Shown here: positions 12,980-25,800 of the stretch, piece after piece
How positions within the stretch are numbered: position 1 is the first letter of the stretch
Layout of the letters: the number at the start of each line of letters is the position of its first letter
Assembly (NCBI RefSeq): GCF_037042905.1
Contig: NC_087251.1
Location: forward strand, 22,322,001 to 22,386,000
Direction: 5' to 3'
Length of the DNA: 64,000 nt
Source of the DNA: Lytechinus pictus
Lineage: Eukaryota
Notes under the pieces: model-generated
The model's input: only the letters and a program-made list of their open reading frames with translations
The model's database searches: none
What the model was told of the DNA's origin: nothing
Program-made: the position numbers and the translations under genes

Positions 12980-14705
12980 CACTGGCGTAAATCCGTGTTG
13001 AGGGGTGGGGGGGATGACTGAAATATTTTGGCATTTTTTTTGCAATCATGTTTTTAGATATGCAAGGAATTGTAATTGATAAGTCCACAGTGGCGTACCG
13101 TGGGTCACGGCATTGTGGGGGCACCAGCAAAATCTTTGAATCACTGAGTGAGCGCGCGAAGCGCGCTCAGTTGCTAGTTATTCTGACCTAATAGAGACAT
13201 TTTAAGGACAATGTCATTGAACGGATATGTATCTCACTGATCAAATTATGCGAGCGCGAAGCGCGAGCTGAATTTTTTTTAATATTCACACCTAAAAAGG
13301 GACATTATAATCAAATTTGCGTAATCATGATAGTTACCTGTCTCGCTAAACAATGCGAGCGCGAAGCGCGAGCTGAAATTTTCGTATATTTTGACCCCAA
13401 ACAGCGAGATTTTAAGGAATATATTTTAGGAATCCATTAAGAGTATGCATATCTCACCATAGTCATCTAATGCGAGTGCCAAGCGCTTGCTGATTTTAGT
13501 AGAATTACATCTGAACACATGAAACACTTTTTGTAGTCATTGCAATCATGATTATCATACGCATCTCACTAATCAAATATTGCGAGCGTGAGGCGCGAGC
13601 AGAAAATTTAGATAAGTTAGATAATTCAGACCTGAAGTGGGGCATTCTAAGGTTTCTTTGTAGGAATTAACTTGGACCATACGTATTTCATTAACCAAAT
13701 GATGCGAGTGCGAAGCGCGAGCTGAAAATTTTTGATATTCATATCAGAAAAAGGGACATTTTAAGGACTGATTTTAGGAATTCATGAAGAGCAGACATAT
13801 CTCACCAATCCACTAATGCGAACGTAATCACGGACAGGAAATGTTTTTATATATACGAAGACCTTAACATGGGGCAATCACTTTTTGAGTCATGTAAAAG
13901 AAGCATAGGCCTATGTCACTACATAAAACAATGATAACTCAAGTGCTAGGAAATATATTTGGTTTATATTGACTTGAAAACGGGATGTTTTAGTACAACA
14001 GGATTATCGTTGAACAGACAATGCGAGCACCAGGAACAATGAAGACGTAGGCCCTGGGCAAATTATGTTTCATAAAGTTATGATAAAAATGTTTCTTATG
14101 TAATGTAACATAACATAATTATAATATAATATAACATTATAATGAATAATACTTTCTTCTTTCCCACTACGTTTCTTTTCCTTTCTCCCTCTTTTCTCTT
14201 TTTCCCCATTTCCCCGGTTTTTTTTGTCAGCCGATGGGGGGAGCATGTGCCTCCCATGCCCCCCCGTAGTTACGCCACTGTATGTCCATATGGCAAATAC
14301 CCCTCCAATATTATTATTTTTTTACCCCATGATGGTTTAATGGTTTTATTAGAGATTACATTCAAAATTTTTTGACATTCCATCTTAATCCCTTCCCAAA
14401 GACCCCAACATTGATGAATTGGAAGAAACGGGGGTTTCTCTTCAATGTTATAATAAGGACATAAGTATTTCGTTTGGAAATGGTGAACTGGCTCTTTATT
14501 TGCATTTTATGATTCAATAATATTGTTTTATTTGTTAAGCGGTATTTTAGGAAGAATTTTCACCAATAAAACAATTATCTCTTGTGATTTTTTTTTTATT
14601 TCTTTCGTAAAAAGTGGGGGGATGATTGTACAGGCCATCCCCCCTCCTCGAAAAGTGGGGGGGGGGGGATATATCCCCCCCATCCCCCCGGGATTTACGC
14701 CAGTG
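12980..14705 (+). mobile_element. hAT-type MITE enclosing 13088-14280
   Basis: 15-bp TIR CACTGGCGTAAATCC / GGATTTACGCCAGTG; perfect 8-bp TSD ATTGTTTA. Confidence 0.9.
13088..14280 (+). mobile_element. hAT-type non-autonomous element, intact copy
   Basis: Same TIR; TSD TAAGTCCA / TATGTCCA (7 of 8 match); internal GCGAGCGCGAAGCGCGAGC repeats. Confidence 0.88.
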
Positions 14706-16075
14706 ATTGTTTAGTTAAATCTGTTAAATAAGTCAAAAAAGTGCTTTGATTTTCAATTCTTTAGGTAAAAATGTCCCCCCCAAAAAAATCAGCTCGCGCT
14801 CGCATTATTTGACTTTTAAAATATGTAACGCCTTCATGGCTTACTGCAAGCAGTCTTTAACAGGTACCTTTTCCATCAGTACATTTCTGCTCGCGCTTTG
14901 CGTTCGTTGTTATTATTTAATTGCATACACATCTTTTTCAGGATAACAAGCATTGCCCAGAATGTTCAAAGTTTAGGAAAAATACATAAAATTTCAACAA
15001 AAAAATTTTAGCTCGCGCTTCGCGCTCGCATTATTATATATGTTGATTTATAAGAATAAAGCTAAGAAGTAACTATTAGGAATACCCCTTCAAAAAAACA
15101 AAGATTCATCTTCGAGCGGCCGATCGGGGAAAATATGGCCCCCCTATTGGCGAAGGCTGGATCCACCCCTGGGACAAACAATTGCAATTTATGTCGTTGT
15201 CCAGAGTCAAGAGATTCCGATGCTGTCCCGCGGTCCACCAACTTTCGACAAATGCCTCTCAGGTCTCCATTGTGATTTGATTTGCACTTTTAAAGGAATT
15301 GATGCGAAAAGTCTTATTATTCCCAACGGGAGCGCCGCTGCCTGTGTGTGTGTGGGGGGGGGGGGACCCGCATCACCTTTCCCCTGCTCTCGACATCCTT
15401 CTCGTCAATGCACGATTTTAACAATGATGTTTGTAAAGGAGTAAGGCTGATGGTGCAAGAATTTGTGATTATGCTTATAGTTTTTAGATTGTCATGAAAA
15501 CTTTTACTACGACTTCTACTACCACCACCGCCGCCGCCCACCCCCCAAAAAAACCCGGTAGCAAAATTTGGTTATTACGCAATTGATTTTAACACAAAAA
15601 CGATGCACTCTAAAACAATCTCAAATATTACTCTAGTATTATCAGTGGGTCAATAATAATGTTCATATTAGGACCTGGCTAGCTTCTAGTGTTCAGAATG
15701 ACAAGAATTCTTGTTATTTTCTATTTGTTATTTATTTTGTTCTTTTAAAACGGAAGGCAAATCTACTTATTTTAAACCACCAATTCATTTTTAAGTGATA
15801 TATTGAATACTCTTCGAGTGAGGTATTTACATTCAAATTTCAGTTGACTGATTGTAGCGTGTGTGGTGAGAAATGTCCAGAGTTTTCTCATGTTTTATGC
15901 AACAGTGCCCATAAGGTGGCGCTATGGGGGCGGGAATTATGAGCAATTCTCTGATAAAATATTATGAGCAGATTATGGTCAGCAGACACACCAAAGTTTG
16001 CCGCTAGCCCTTTAAGGATCTCAAATTAACCAAACGAATTGCATTGTTGATTTGTATTTTTTGGACAATGCAGAC

Positions 16076-16383
16076 GCCGATTGCACGACAGGGTCTTTCC
16101 AGGGACCGTCTTTCGTGTCGCCCATCTTTTATGACGCGGTGTACAGTGTATGCGGGATATTTCTGAAATTTATGATAAACGAATAAAATTCTTTAGCCAG
16201 CTTTTTAAATCATTTCTTTTTCAATTTCATGAGATGTCACATAATTTTATAAACAAAAATTTTGTTTACTTTAACGGACGAATGAAATATGTTTGCAGGT
16301 TATTTGATATGCGTTTCACATGACACATAGTACATGGGCGACACGGAAGACTGTTCTTGCAAAGACCCTCTCGTGCAATCGGC
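16076..16383. mobile_element. MITE with about 50-bp TIRs in the EF-hand gene upstream region
   Basis: GCCGATTGCACGACAGGGTCTTT...GTGTCGCCCAT / ATGGGCGACAC...AAAGACCCTCTCGTGCAATCGGC. Confidence 0.8.
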
Positions 16384-16570
16384 CCCATGGTCATCACCAC
16401 TTTAGTGGTCATGTCGTGTGGCGTAGTAATATATCGCATTAATCAACAGTGAGACTGCTCTGTACAGATTTTTTTCCTTTTTAAAGAAGGAGTGGCTGAT
16501 TAGGCCTATACATCTCCTTGATAAAATGTTGATCCTTTCAACTCTTAATGCTGTATCACTTTGCCTTTAC

Positions 16571-16597
16571 TAATCCCATTGAGGTGAATGCTAATCC
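16571..16597 (+). promoter_or_regulatory. Paired TAATCC (Otx/K50 homeodomain-type) sites upstream of the EF-hand gene
   Basis: TAATCC at 16571-16576 and 16592-16597, 21 bp apart and about 270-290 bp before the ATG. Function is inferred. Confidence 0.4.
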
Positions 16598-16860
16598 ACT
16601 TCGTCATTGTCCTACAACATACTTTCAACGGAAAGATATCTATTATTTAGACTATATTATTTTCTGGCGAATACATTTTGTACTGATCGGTAAATGCGTC
16701 GCTGCACAGCATTTATTTCGACACGCATTGACTCATTGAACCCATTCAATAAAACTCCAAGTAAGCACCACACCCTTGTCACAAGTCAAGAATACAGCCT
16801 AGGCTACAGGTCCAGACAGATTTCGTCTTTAAGTTTGCAGAGTAAAACCAGTCTATTAAG

Positions 16861-16863
16861 ATG
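16861..16863 (+). CDS. EF-hand gene coding exon 1 (ATG only)
   Basis: AAG ATG|GTAAGT consensus donor. An ATG-only first coding exon is typical of calmodulin-family genes, and the phase matches exon 2. Confidence 0.7.
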
Positions 16864-19800
16864 GTAAGTTCACCAAGTTGGAATCATAATTCAAAACTTA
16901 TTTTCCTCGCCTACATGACTTACGATGCAATGTTCCATGCAGGTCGGGTATAATTACGAAGATGTAAAAACCATTTTATTTCATAGTCCTAGTTGATAAT
17001 TGTTCTTCCACCATAGACCTATAAAAATGGACATTCATCGGGTAGTTAATGAATCACTTAGCTGTGGCTGTCATTGTCATCTGAATAATATTCTTTTCAT
17101 ATTTGTCTATAGTTTATCGCGAATTACATGCAGTGTTTATCGCGAAATACGGTTTCTATCGCCGAAAAACGCTGTTTATCGAGCGAAATATAGAGTTTAT
17201 CCATGCATATTTTTGTCACCCAATAAACATAGTTTCTCTCGATAAACTTTGTTTTCACTCGATAAACAGCGTTTTTCGGTGATAAAGCGTTACGCGTTCA
17301 ACTTGTGTATCACTTTGATCTGTCACAATGAATAGTTGCCGATTCCATTTTGACAAAATATAGGCCTACCTCTCCTTGATAATCATTGGACCTTTGTAAT
17401 AGGTCCATCATGGGATTCACCATGATGTCACTGTTCCTGCATCGCATTCCAATTCTAAGATCGAGGGACGTTCTATACACCCACTTTTTATGATCAATGC
17501 TACTGGATGTTCTCTATTTTACCGGATTTCAGTGTTGCTATATATAAGGGCCCCGTTGCAATAAAGTTACCATTATGACCTCGTACTATTTGAGTGCCAT
17601 TATGAAACTTTACCATCCAATGGTATCGACGACAAGATAAAACAGAAGTCTCAACAATCACATTCAGACGTGTCAATAATGGGCACTTTTTTTTCAGGCG
17701 ACAGTTTCTCGGAGCAACAAGATAAAGTCAGATTCCAATTGGCTTGTCCAGTTCGTAATGATGCATCAGTACATTTTATGGGTATAATGTGTATCAGCGA
17801 ACAGAAAGAACCATAATTCGAGTAATATTAAAAGTTAATTATCTCAGATTCACGCAAGAACACGCATAAATTACTGTACAAATTATGTTCATAATTTCAT
17901 GAGTGAGCTCTAATGGCGCAAATTGTCGGAAGATGCTGAAATTAGTCAATTTTATAAGTATAGTTTAACATTTTTATATATGTCTTGTTTTCACGAATCT
18001 TTTGTATTATTTTTGCATGAAAATATCACAAGGGCTTTACTTTTTGTTGTCCATAACTTATTTGAAATTTGCAAAAGAAATTTATCCAAACCAATGCTTC
18101 TAGACAAAAGTAGTGAACACGGCTCCGAAGGGTTAACATCGGCACGCCACATGGGATATCATCCCACGTTGAGTGCTTTGTCAGTGATTGGAATGCCTTT
18201 GTATTCCGATAGATTTTCAAACGCATGTGTCTGAGTTTCCTACCCTTCCCAACTCGCCCCTGCTTTTATGCAACAGAACCCTTGTCGTCAACTTGAGATT
18301 TTAACTGCAATCTGGATTTATTTCTTATTCGTCTATTGCAAATTCGTCCAATTGCCAACTCGTCTACTATAATTTGGTCTACCATCAGTTCGTCCACTAT
18401 CCACATGGTCTAATTGCCATTTCGTCCAATTACCATTTCGTCTAATAACCAATTGGTCCAATAGCCATTTAGTTTATATACCATTTTATTTGATCCACTT
18501 CGACTAAGTGTATTGTGTAAAATTAATGAAAACGAAATGTTATATATACATGTATATAGGCCTAGCTCAACTGGTTATGAGACGAAATGGTCATAGGCGA
18601 AATGGTGATTAGACGAAGTGATGATTGGACCAAATGGTTGTTAGACGAAATGTTGATGGAAGGAATGGCATTAAAGTAGACTATTCGGTAAGTGGACGAG
18701 TTTGCGGTATATAGACGATTGGCAATTTACCACAATCTGCACATCTTCAGATAAATATGTAGGGGAGAGTTGAGTAATTGAGGCCCTGGGTAAATAAGGC
18801 CCCAATTAGTTTTTAGCTCACTGCTCAAGTTTATCAGTGTCAACGGAATGCTGTTTGTGTGGTATTTGAGACAGATCTCGAGTATAAACAAATGTCTCAT
18901 AGCCCATTTGACGAGCACAAACTCAGCAGCACCTCAAATTAGTGGCGATGTACTGTACCCATCCATCGATGTATATCAGCTTTTATCTTAGTTTACCTTT
19001 TTAAGGCATTGTTACACATGCTAATACTTTAGTAAAAGTCGCCACTTTCCCTCTTTTTTGACTGGAAGCCTAGCTATGAACTTCATATGCCTGATGGGGC
19101 AAATGAGACCCTCTGCATTAAAACATAATGAGTACTGTATGGTTACATCAGTTCTGTTAAACAATACAAATGCAGTGAAGATATCTCCACACTTGCTTAC
19201 GTATACTATTTCCAATAGAACATGACTGTAGAAACATAATATAACTGACAGTTAAAAACATAATCTGACAATATTTCTTTCCATGTTATTGGATAGCATT
19301 CATAAATAAATTTTTAAATGGGGCCTTTATGAAAATAATTAAATATTAATCCTGTGATATACTATTAAATTTTCAGTGATTGTATATCGCACCAACTGAA
19401 CCATTTTTACTTTATAGCAACACAAAATAGTTTCTTAATCAAGGGCTGGCCTCATTTGCCTCATTTCGATGGGGCAAATAAGGCTCCTGACGCTCATTAA
19501 TATGCAAATGAGAATGATTAGTCCTCATATTTCTATTGAGTAATGTAGGTCTAGTGACGATCTGGTATTGGGCATCTAATCACTTTTCTACTGCTATGCA
19601 TTAAAAAGATATGATTGGAATTCTGAAAAGGGGGCCTTATTTACCCCCCTCTCCCTCCTACACCACCTTGTGAGAGCCGGAAATTGCTAATAAGAATTCC
19701 CTGATAAACTAAACACGCATAAATATTTAAGGCGAATATTTATTTTCTGGTTGCGTGCTCGGTTTCCATTTCCGAAGGTTACTGACCTTCCACCATCAAG

Positions 19801-22800
19801 CTTGATCAGTATGTTTAGGTCTGGTCTGTCTGACTCGCTCTGCGAGATAATCGGAGTCAATATACACAATCAACATTTCTCTTGAACCCGCTTTTACCTT
19901 CTGGAATATCTTGAAAATGTTCAATATTTTATCATAGAGAGTCTGCATTTGTAGAAATATATGAAAATTAGAGTAATTTATTTCGTTTTATTTTTCTTCT
20001 TGCTCCAATGCAGGCGTCTTCTCTTTTTACAGCCGAAGAAATTGAAAGTAAGTAACATTTGAAAGTACGTTGTAAAATGTCCAGCATGACAAAGCAAAAC
20101 AAAGAGGTCTTTCTCGAAAATTGATGAATATCAAAACGGCAGTTCTGGAGGAACGACGTAATTGCAATTTTTCCTCAGCACCGAAAGTAGCTTAGGACGA
20201 AAGTGGCTGTTGCGGTTCACCAAATTTCGACAAAGACCTCCCAACTGCCTTTGTTATTTGACGGGCATTTTCAATACATTTACTCTGACTTGAATCCTCC
20301 ATACGTCGATGAGCAAAAAAATAATAGCGTATTTTCGCAATCACTTCGAAGACGCTTTCTACAACGCACCAATTATTCCTTTGACGTTCAAGTCAAATCG
20401 CAAAGGACAGCTGAGAGGTTTTTTTTCTACATTAAGAGGATCGAGACAGCAAATCGTCCGAAGATTCGGACCGGACGAAAAATTTCAGAAAATGTCATTT
20501 GTCCAGAGTCCAGCGTTTCATCAACATTTTCGTCCGACAAGTTGTCAGATCTGACATCTTTCCTTGATTCTGATTGGCCGAGAGGCAATGTTACTATAGT
20601 AACTGTCGGATAAAATGGTACTTGTCGGATAAAACGTCCGACGAATCCTTTCATGAAACGCTACCCAGGACGACACTTCTGTTTTGATTCATCGATTTTC
20701 GACAAAGTCTGTTTTATCATTGAAGGGCTTTTGACAAAAGATTCTCTGCGTTATAGAAGCGTGTGCGAAGTGATTGCGGAAACTCCCTATTGTCTGGGCC
20801 TCATCCAAAACGATAGCAACTGATCCAATGATTCAATCATAATTATGGAAAACCATGAATGTCACAATTCCTAACAAATGAGCAAACAAATCTGAGCACA
20901 CTGATTGACCGAATGACGAATGCACGGGACCCGAGTTCCTCTTATTATTTTGAGGAACACTTTATGGTTGGATACCAAAAATGATAATAATTTTCTTTAA
21001 AATGCCATTTACTTTTTCACATTATATCAGATTTTATGACATTGTAAGCGTTATTGTTTATTTTTCTAAATTTATTCCTATCAATATTTAGCTGAGATGG
21101 ATTTGATAATTTCATTGTGCATGTGCTCAGTTGCTCACTCGCCTACTCTATACGAATCATGAGAATTTTCTAAGAACATTATTGCCCACAGACCTGTTAT
21201 AAAAGCATGATAGACCAAAGTGTGAGGACACGTGCGAATTCATGTCACCTGAACGTCCATGGAAAAAATAGACAAATTCCGAAAATGACTCATGTAATTT
21301 ATGGGCCCTATTTAATCAAAGACCACTGTTTTGTCGGAAACCACATTTTAAAATTCCCCGATTCCCCTAATTTCCAATATTATAGTATGTTGTGTCTCGT
21401 TTACAGGTGAAAAATATATATACGGGAAGGCGGGGTAAGTTGAGCCACCACCCCAGGCCAATTATGAATGAGTCAGACATTGTGATTGTGAGTGTGGGAT
21501 ATTGATATCCCATTGCATAACCCTTAACCGACCACATTGTTTTCAACATTGAAACAGTAAGTAGTTTTTCAAAGGGAAAATACAAATTTCAGCCCCAAAA
21601 AAGTTAGAAAGTGTGAAATATAGATATTAATTGCATTTTACCCTCATGCATCTTTAAATGTGATAAGGACAAAAGATGACAATATTGTTAGTCCAGGTGT
21701 GGATCCTCATTCTTGTCGTGTCACATGAAGCTCGGACTGGGGTAAGTTGTGCCAGCAAACATGGGGCAAGTTGAGCCATGGTAATTCATATGGTAATGTA
21801 TATATAAAAACACGTATGCAGGCAGAAAGAATCAAATTCACAAGTTTTACTTGTAGAGGATGTTAGTGTTTATAGAGAACTATAGAAAGTCAGAAGCGGA
21901 TCTAGAGGGGGGGGGGTTGCAAACCCCCCCCAAAAAAAAATCCGGGGACCATTTTTTTAAATCTTATCTTTTTTTTTAAACTTGTAATTCCATTTTCACA
22001 CACAGATTTTCAAATATTTTCCCTACTGTGGGAGGGGGGACACCCCCCTCCCACACCCTCCCCCCTCGCTCGCTCCGCTTGCTTGGACTCGGTCGCTACG
22101 CTCCCTCGCATACCACCCCAACCCCCCCTTTATAAAAAGCTGGATCCGCCCCTGAAAGTGAAAAGACTAAACAAAATTGTCATATGGTTCTTGTCCCATA
22201 TAGCTTTTGTACATAGTTTTTTGTGGCTCAACGTACCCCTCGGGTGGAGCTAGTTGAGCCGTTTGACATTTTTTCAAAGATTACAGTGCCTTTCATTGTG
22301 GGGTAGAAAGTTACTTTTAGGTAAAACATGTTTTCCCAAGAATTGAATTTTAAGGCTAGGTACTTATTTCTACAAGATTATTAGTCATATCAGTCCTAAA
22401 ATGCATTAAAGCAAAAAATGGCTCATCTTACTCCGCCTTCCCTATTTATGGTTCATAGAATTAGAAATCTTCAGCACATTAAATATCTTAGTCTCATGCA
22501 TTTATTTTTTTAGTATGAAAAATATTTGATTTGATACCACTATTTTCTTACATAACTGCTTGGCATTTGTCCTTGGGCTTCTATGCCTTGGCCTTGATGG
22601 TTTGGGCCATGATTTCAACACTGACATGAGCAAACAGACGAAATAATAGTCTGGTATTAGGACAGACTAAAATATATAACAGCAAATATAGAACGTTCAA
22701 ATATGAATCATTAGTCACACGTCTCTCTGTTGTTTAACAAATCTCCTTTAAGGGGGAGTTCAGCCCGATATCAAATCCTTTTTTAATAAAACAGAAAAAT

Positions 22801-25800
22801 ATAAAAGCACAATGATGGAGGTCCGGCGATAAGCCATCAGATAAAGTATTCACAATTTTGAAATTTTGACCCTGTGACGTCACATGCGAGCACCTACCCC
22901 ATATGTCTTAAATCTAATCGATTCCCATTTTTTATTGAGTAAAAACACTTTATACAATCTGGCTTACCAGTTTACTCGCGTGCATTGTTTTAATAATTGA
23001 AATGTCTAAACTGAATATATAACATTTAATGGGATAGTCCACCCCAACAACAAGTTGATTTGAATAAAAAGAGATATTGTTGTCTACAGAACGCAGTAAG
23101 GTTCAAATGATAACTATTTCCTTTTAGGTTTTATTATATTTTTGCAGATTTGACAAGGAAAAAATTAATAAATTACTATAGCTTAAACGAAAATGGCAAT
23201 TGAAATTCTGGGAGGGGTCAATCCTTGTTTCGAAGTATAATGAGAAGAAAATGGAAATATGACTTCTTATAACAAAATACAAAAAAAAGCAAATAGTGAT
23301 ATTTAGTTTTGTGAAATTAAGCAAAGATTTTAGATACCATAACTGTCTTATTTTGCATCTGATTTTAGGTCAAGTCCACCTCAGAAAAATGTTGATTTGA
23401 ATCAATAGAGAAAAATTAGACAAACACAATGCTGAAAATTCCATCAAAATCGGATGTAAAATAAGAAAGTTATGACATTTCAAAGTTTCGTTTATTTTTA
23501 ACAAAATAGTTATATGAATGAGCCAGTTAGAGAGTCGATGATGCCACTCACCCACAATTTCTTTTGTTTTTTATTATTTGAATTATACAATATATCAATT
23601 TTTACGAATTTGATGATTAGGACCTACTTGCCTGAACCACAAAATGTTAAAATAATGGAATTCCATGTGTTCAGGGAGGAATGAAACTTAATTTCACATG
23701 ACAATGACGAGAAAATCAAAATATTTCATATAATAAAATACAAAAAAAAAATAGTGAGTGAGTGATGTCATCAGTTCCCTCATTTGCATACCGACCGAGA
23801 TGTGCATATAACTATTTTGTGAAATGAAGCGAAACTTTAAAATGTAATAACTTTCTTATTTTACATCCGATTTTGATGAATTTTTCAGTGTTATGCTTGT
23901 TGAATTTTTCTCTTTTTATTTAAATCAAGTTTTTGTTGGGGTGGACTTGTTTAACAGTGTGAAGTTTGGTTATTTTTCTCTAATTTAAATTAGATATTTG
24001 CTAGGGAGACTATTCCTTGAATATTTTCTGTTTGAAAAATTGAATACTGTTATAAGCATTGATTGTTTAAACATTTTTATCTCTTAGCAGTAATCGATCG
24101 GTTGTAGTAATTAGTTTCTGTGGAAATCTATACATGTTTTTTTATTTCTGTTTTACTTTGTTATGTTTCTGATGATAATTTGTATAGAAATCGATGTTGT
24201 ATGTGTCTGACATTTTGAAAAGAAATCCATACGTGTTATTAAATTTTGTTTACCGTGTAATTAACGGATGACAATTTTGCTTGGTTTTGTTTTACTGACT
24301 TGTCTGATGATTAATGCAAAAGCAAATAATTAATTTTCTGAGAATTCTGATGGATTAAAAAAAAATCAAATTATATGATTATAAGGGCGTTGTCGGCATA
24401 TGACGTCACCAAATGAGAACTTGATAGAACCATAATTTCGTTATTCTTATATGGATTTCGGCCAAAAGTTCTTTGGGATGTTTCCTTGGCTTTCGTTTAG
24501 GAAAGCAAACTTGACGTCATAGTGACATTTGGCTTTAACTCCCAATTACCCTTTATACTGTGTACTAAGAAATCGTTAATTTGTTCTTTGTAGATTACAG
24601 GAGGACATTCTCTTCATTTTATGACAGTAATGGTGATGGCTTTATCACGAGCGAAGAGTTGGGTGCTGCGATGGAACAATGTGGATGTGGATTTACTGAG
24701 GAGGAAATTAAAGAAATGGTAACAAAAGCCGATACGACCAGTAAGTCCATAACGAAGATTTATATCAGGAATCGCAAACTGAACAATGAGTGAAACTGTA
24801 ACTCTTCCAGACACCCCTTCACGATCATATGATTTTGACATGCATACTATGATTATCAGTGGCGTACCGTGGGTCACGGCATGGGGGGGGGGGGCACCAG
24901 CAAAAATTTCGAGTCACTTAGGGGCGCGCGAAGCGCGCTCAATTGCCAGGTATTACTGACCTAATAGAGACATTTTAAGGACATGCAGTGCCGTTAAAAG
25001 GATATGTATCTCACTGATTAAATAATGCGAGCGCGAAGCGCGAGCTGAAATCTTTTGATATTCAGACCTAAAAAGGGACATCATAAGCATATTTTTTTGT
25101 TTTCATGATACGTAACTGTCTAGCTAAACAAACAATGCGAGCGAGAAGTGCGAGCTGAAAATTTTGTATATATTGACCCCAAACAGGGACATTTTAAGGA
25201 CTATATTTTCGGAATCCATTAAGAGTATACATATCTCAGCATAGTCATCTAATGCTAGTGCCATCCTTTGCTGATTTTGTTAGAATTACATCTTAACACA
25301 TTTAGCACTTCAAGTTTTTGTAGTCATTGTAATCATGATTATCATACGCATCTCACTAATCAATTACTGCGAGCTGAAATTTTAGGAAATTCAGACCTGA
25401 TGAGGTGCATTCTAAGGCTTGTTTGTAGGAATTCACTAAGACCGTACGTATTTCACTAACCAAATGATGCGAGCGCGAAGCGCCAGCTGAATTCTTTGTA
25501 TATATTGACCCCAAACATGGATATTTTAAGGACTGTTTTTAAGGAATCCATTAAGAGTATCTCACAATAGTCATCTAATGCGAGTGCCAAGCACTTTCTG
25601 ATTTTGTTACAAACACATCTAAACACATGAAGCACTTTTTGTTGTCATAGTTATACGCATCTCACTATTCAAATACTGCGAGCGCGAAGCGCGAGCTGAA
25701 AATTTAGGAAATTCAGACCTGAAGAGGGGTAAAACCTACTTCTACTGTTCTGCTCTTTCCACAGCTGTGAACATTGCTGATTCAGCATCTACTGGATAAA

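Larger units (their letters stand above)
11101..15171. mobile_element. Non-autonomous TIR element with 5-bp TSD (hAT5-like), outer layer of a nest
   Basis: TIR CATAAGCGGATCCAG / CTGGATCCACCCCTG; TSD GGACA; many GCTCGCGCTTCGCGCTCGC repeats. Confidence 0.78.

Noticed and set aside
20203..20654. 136-aa ORF in intron 2
   Set aside because: No recognisable domain or splice support; it overlaps a MITE-like end at about 20520-20670.
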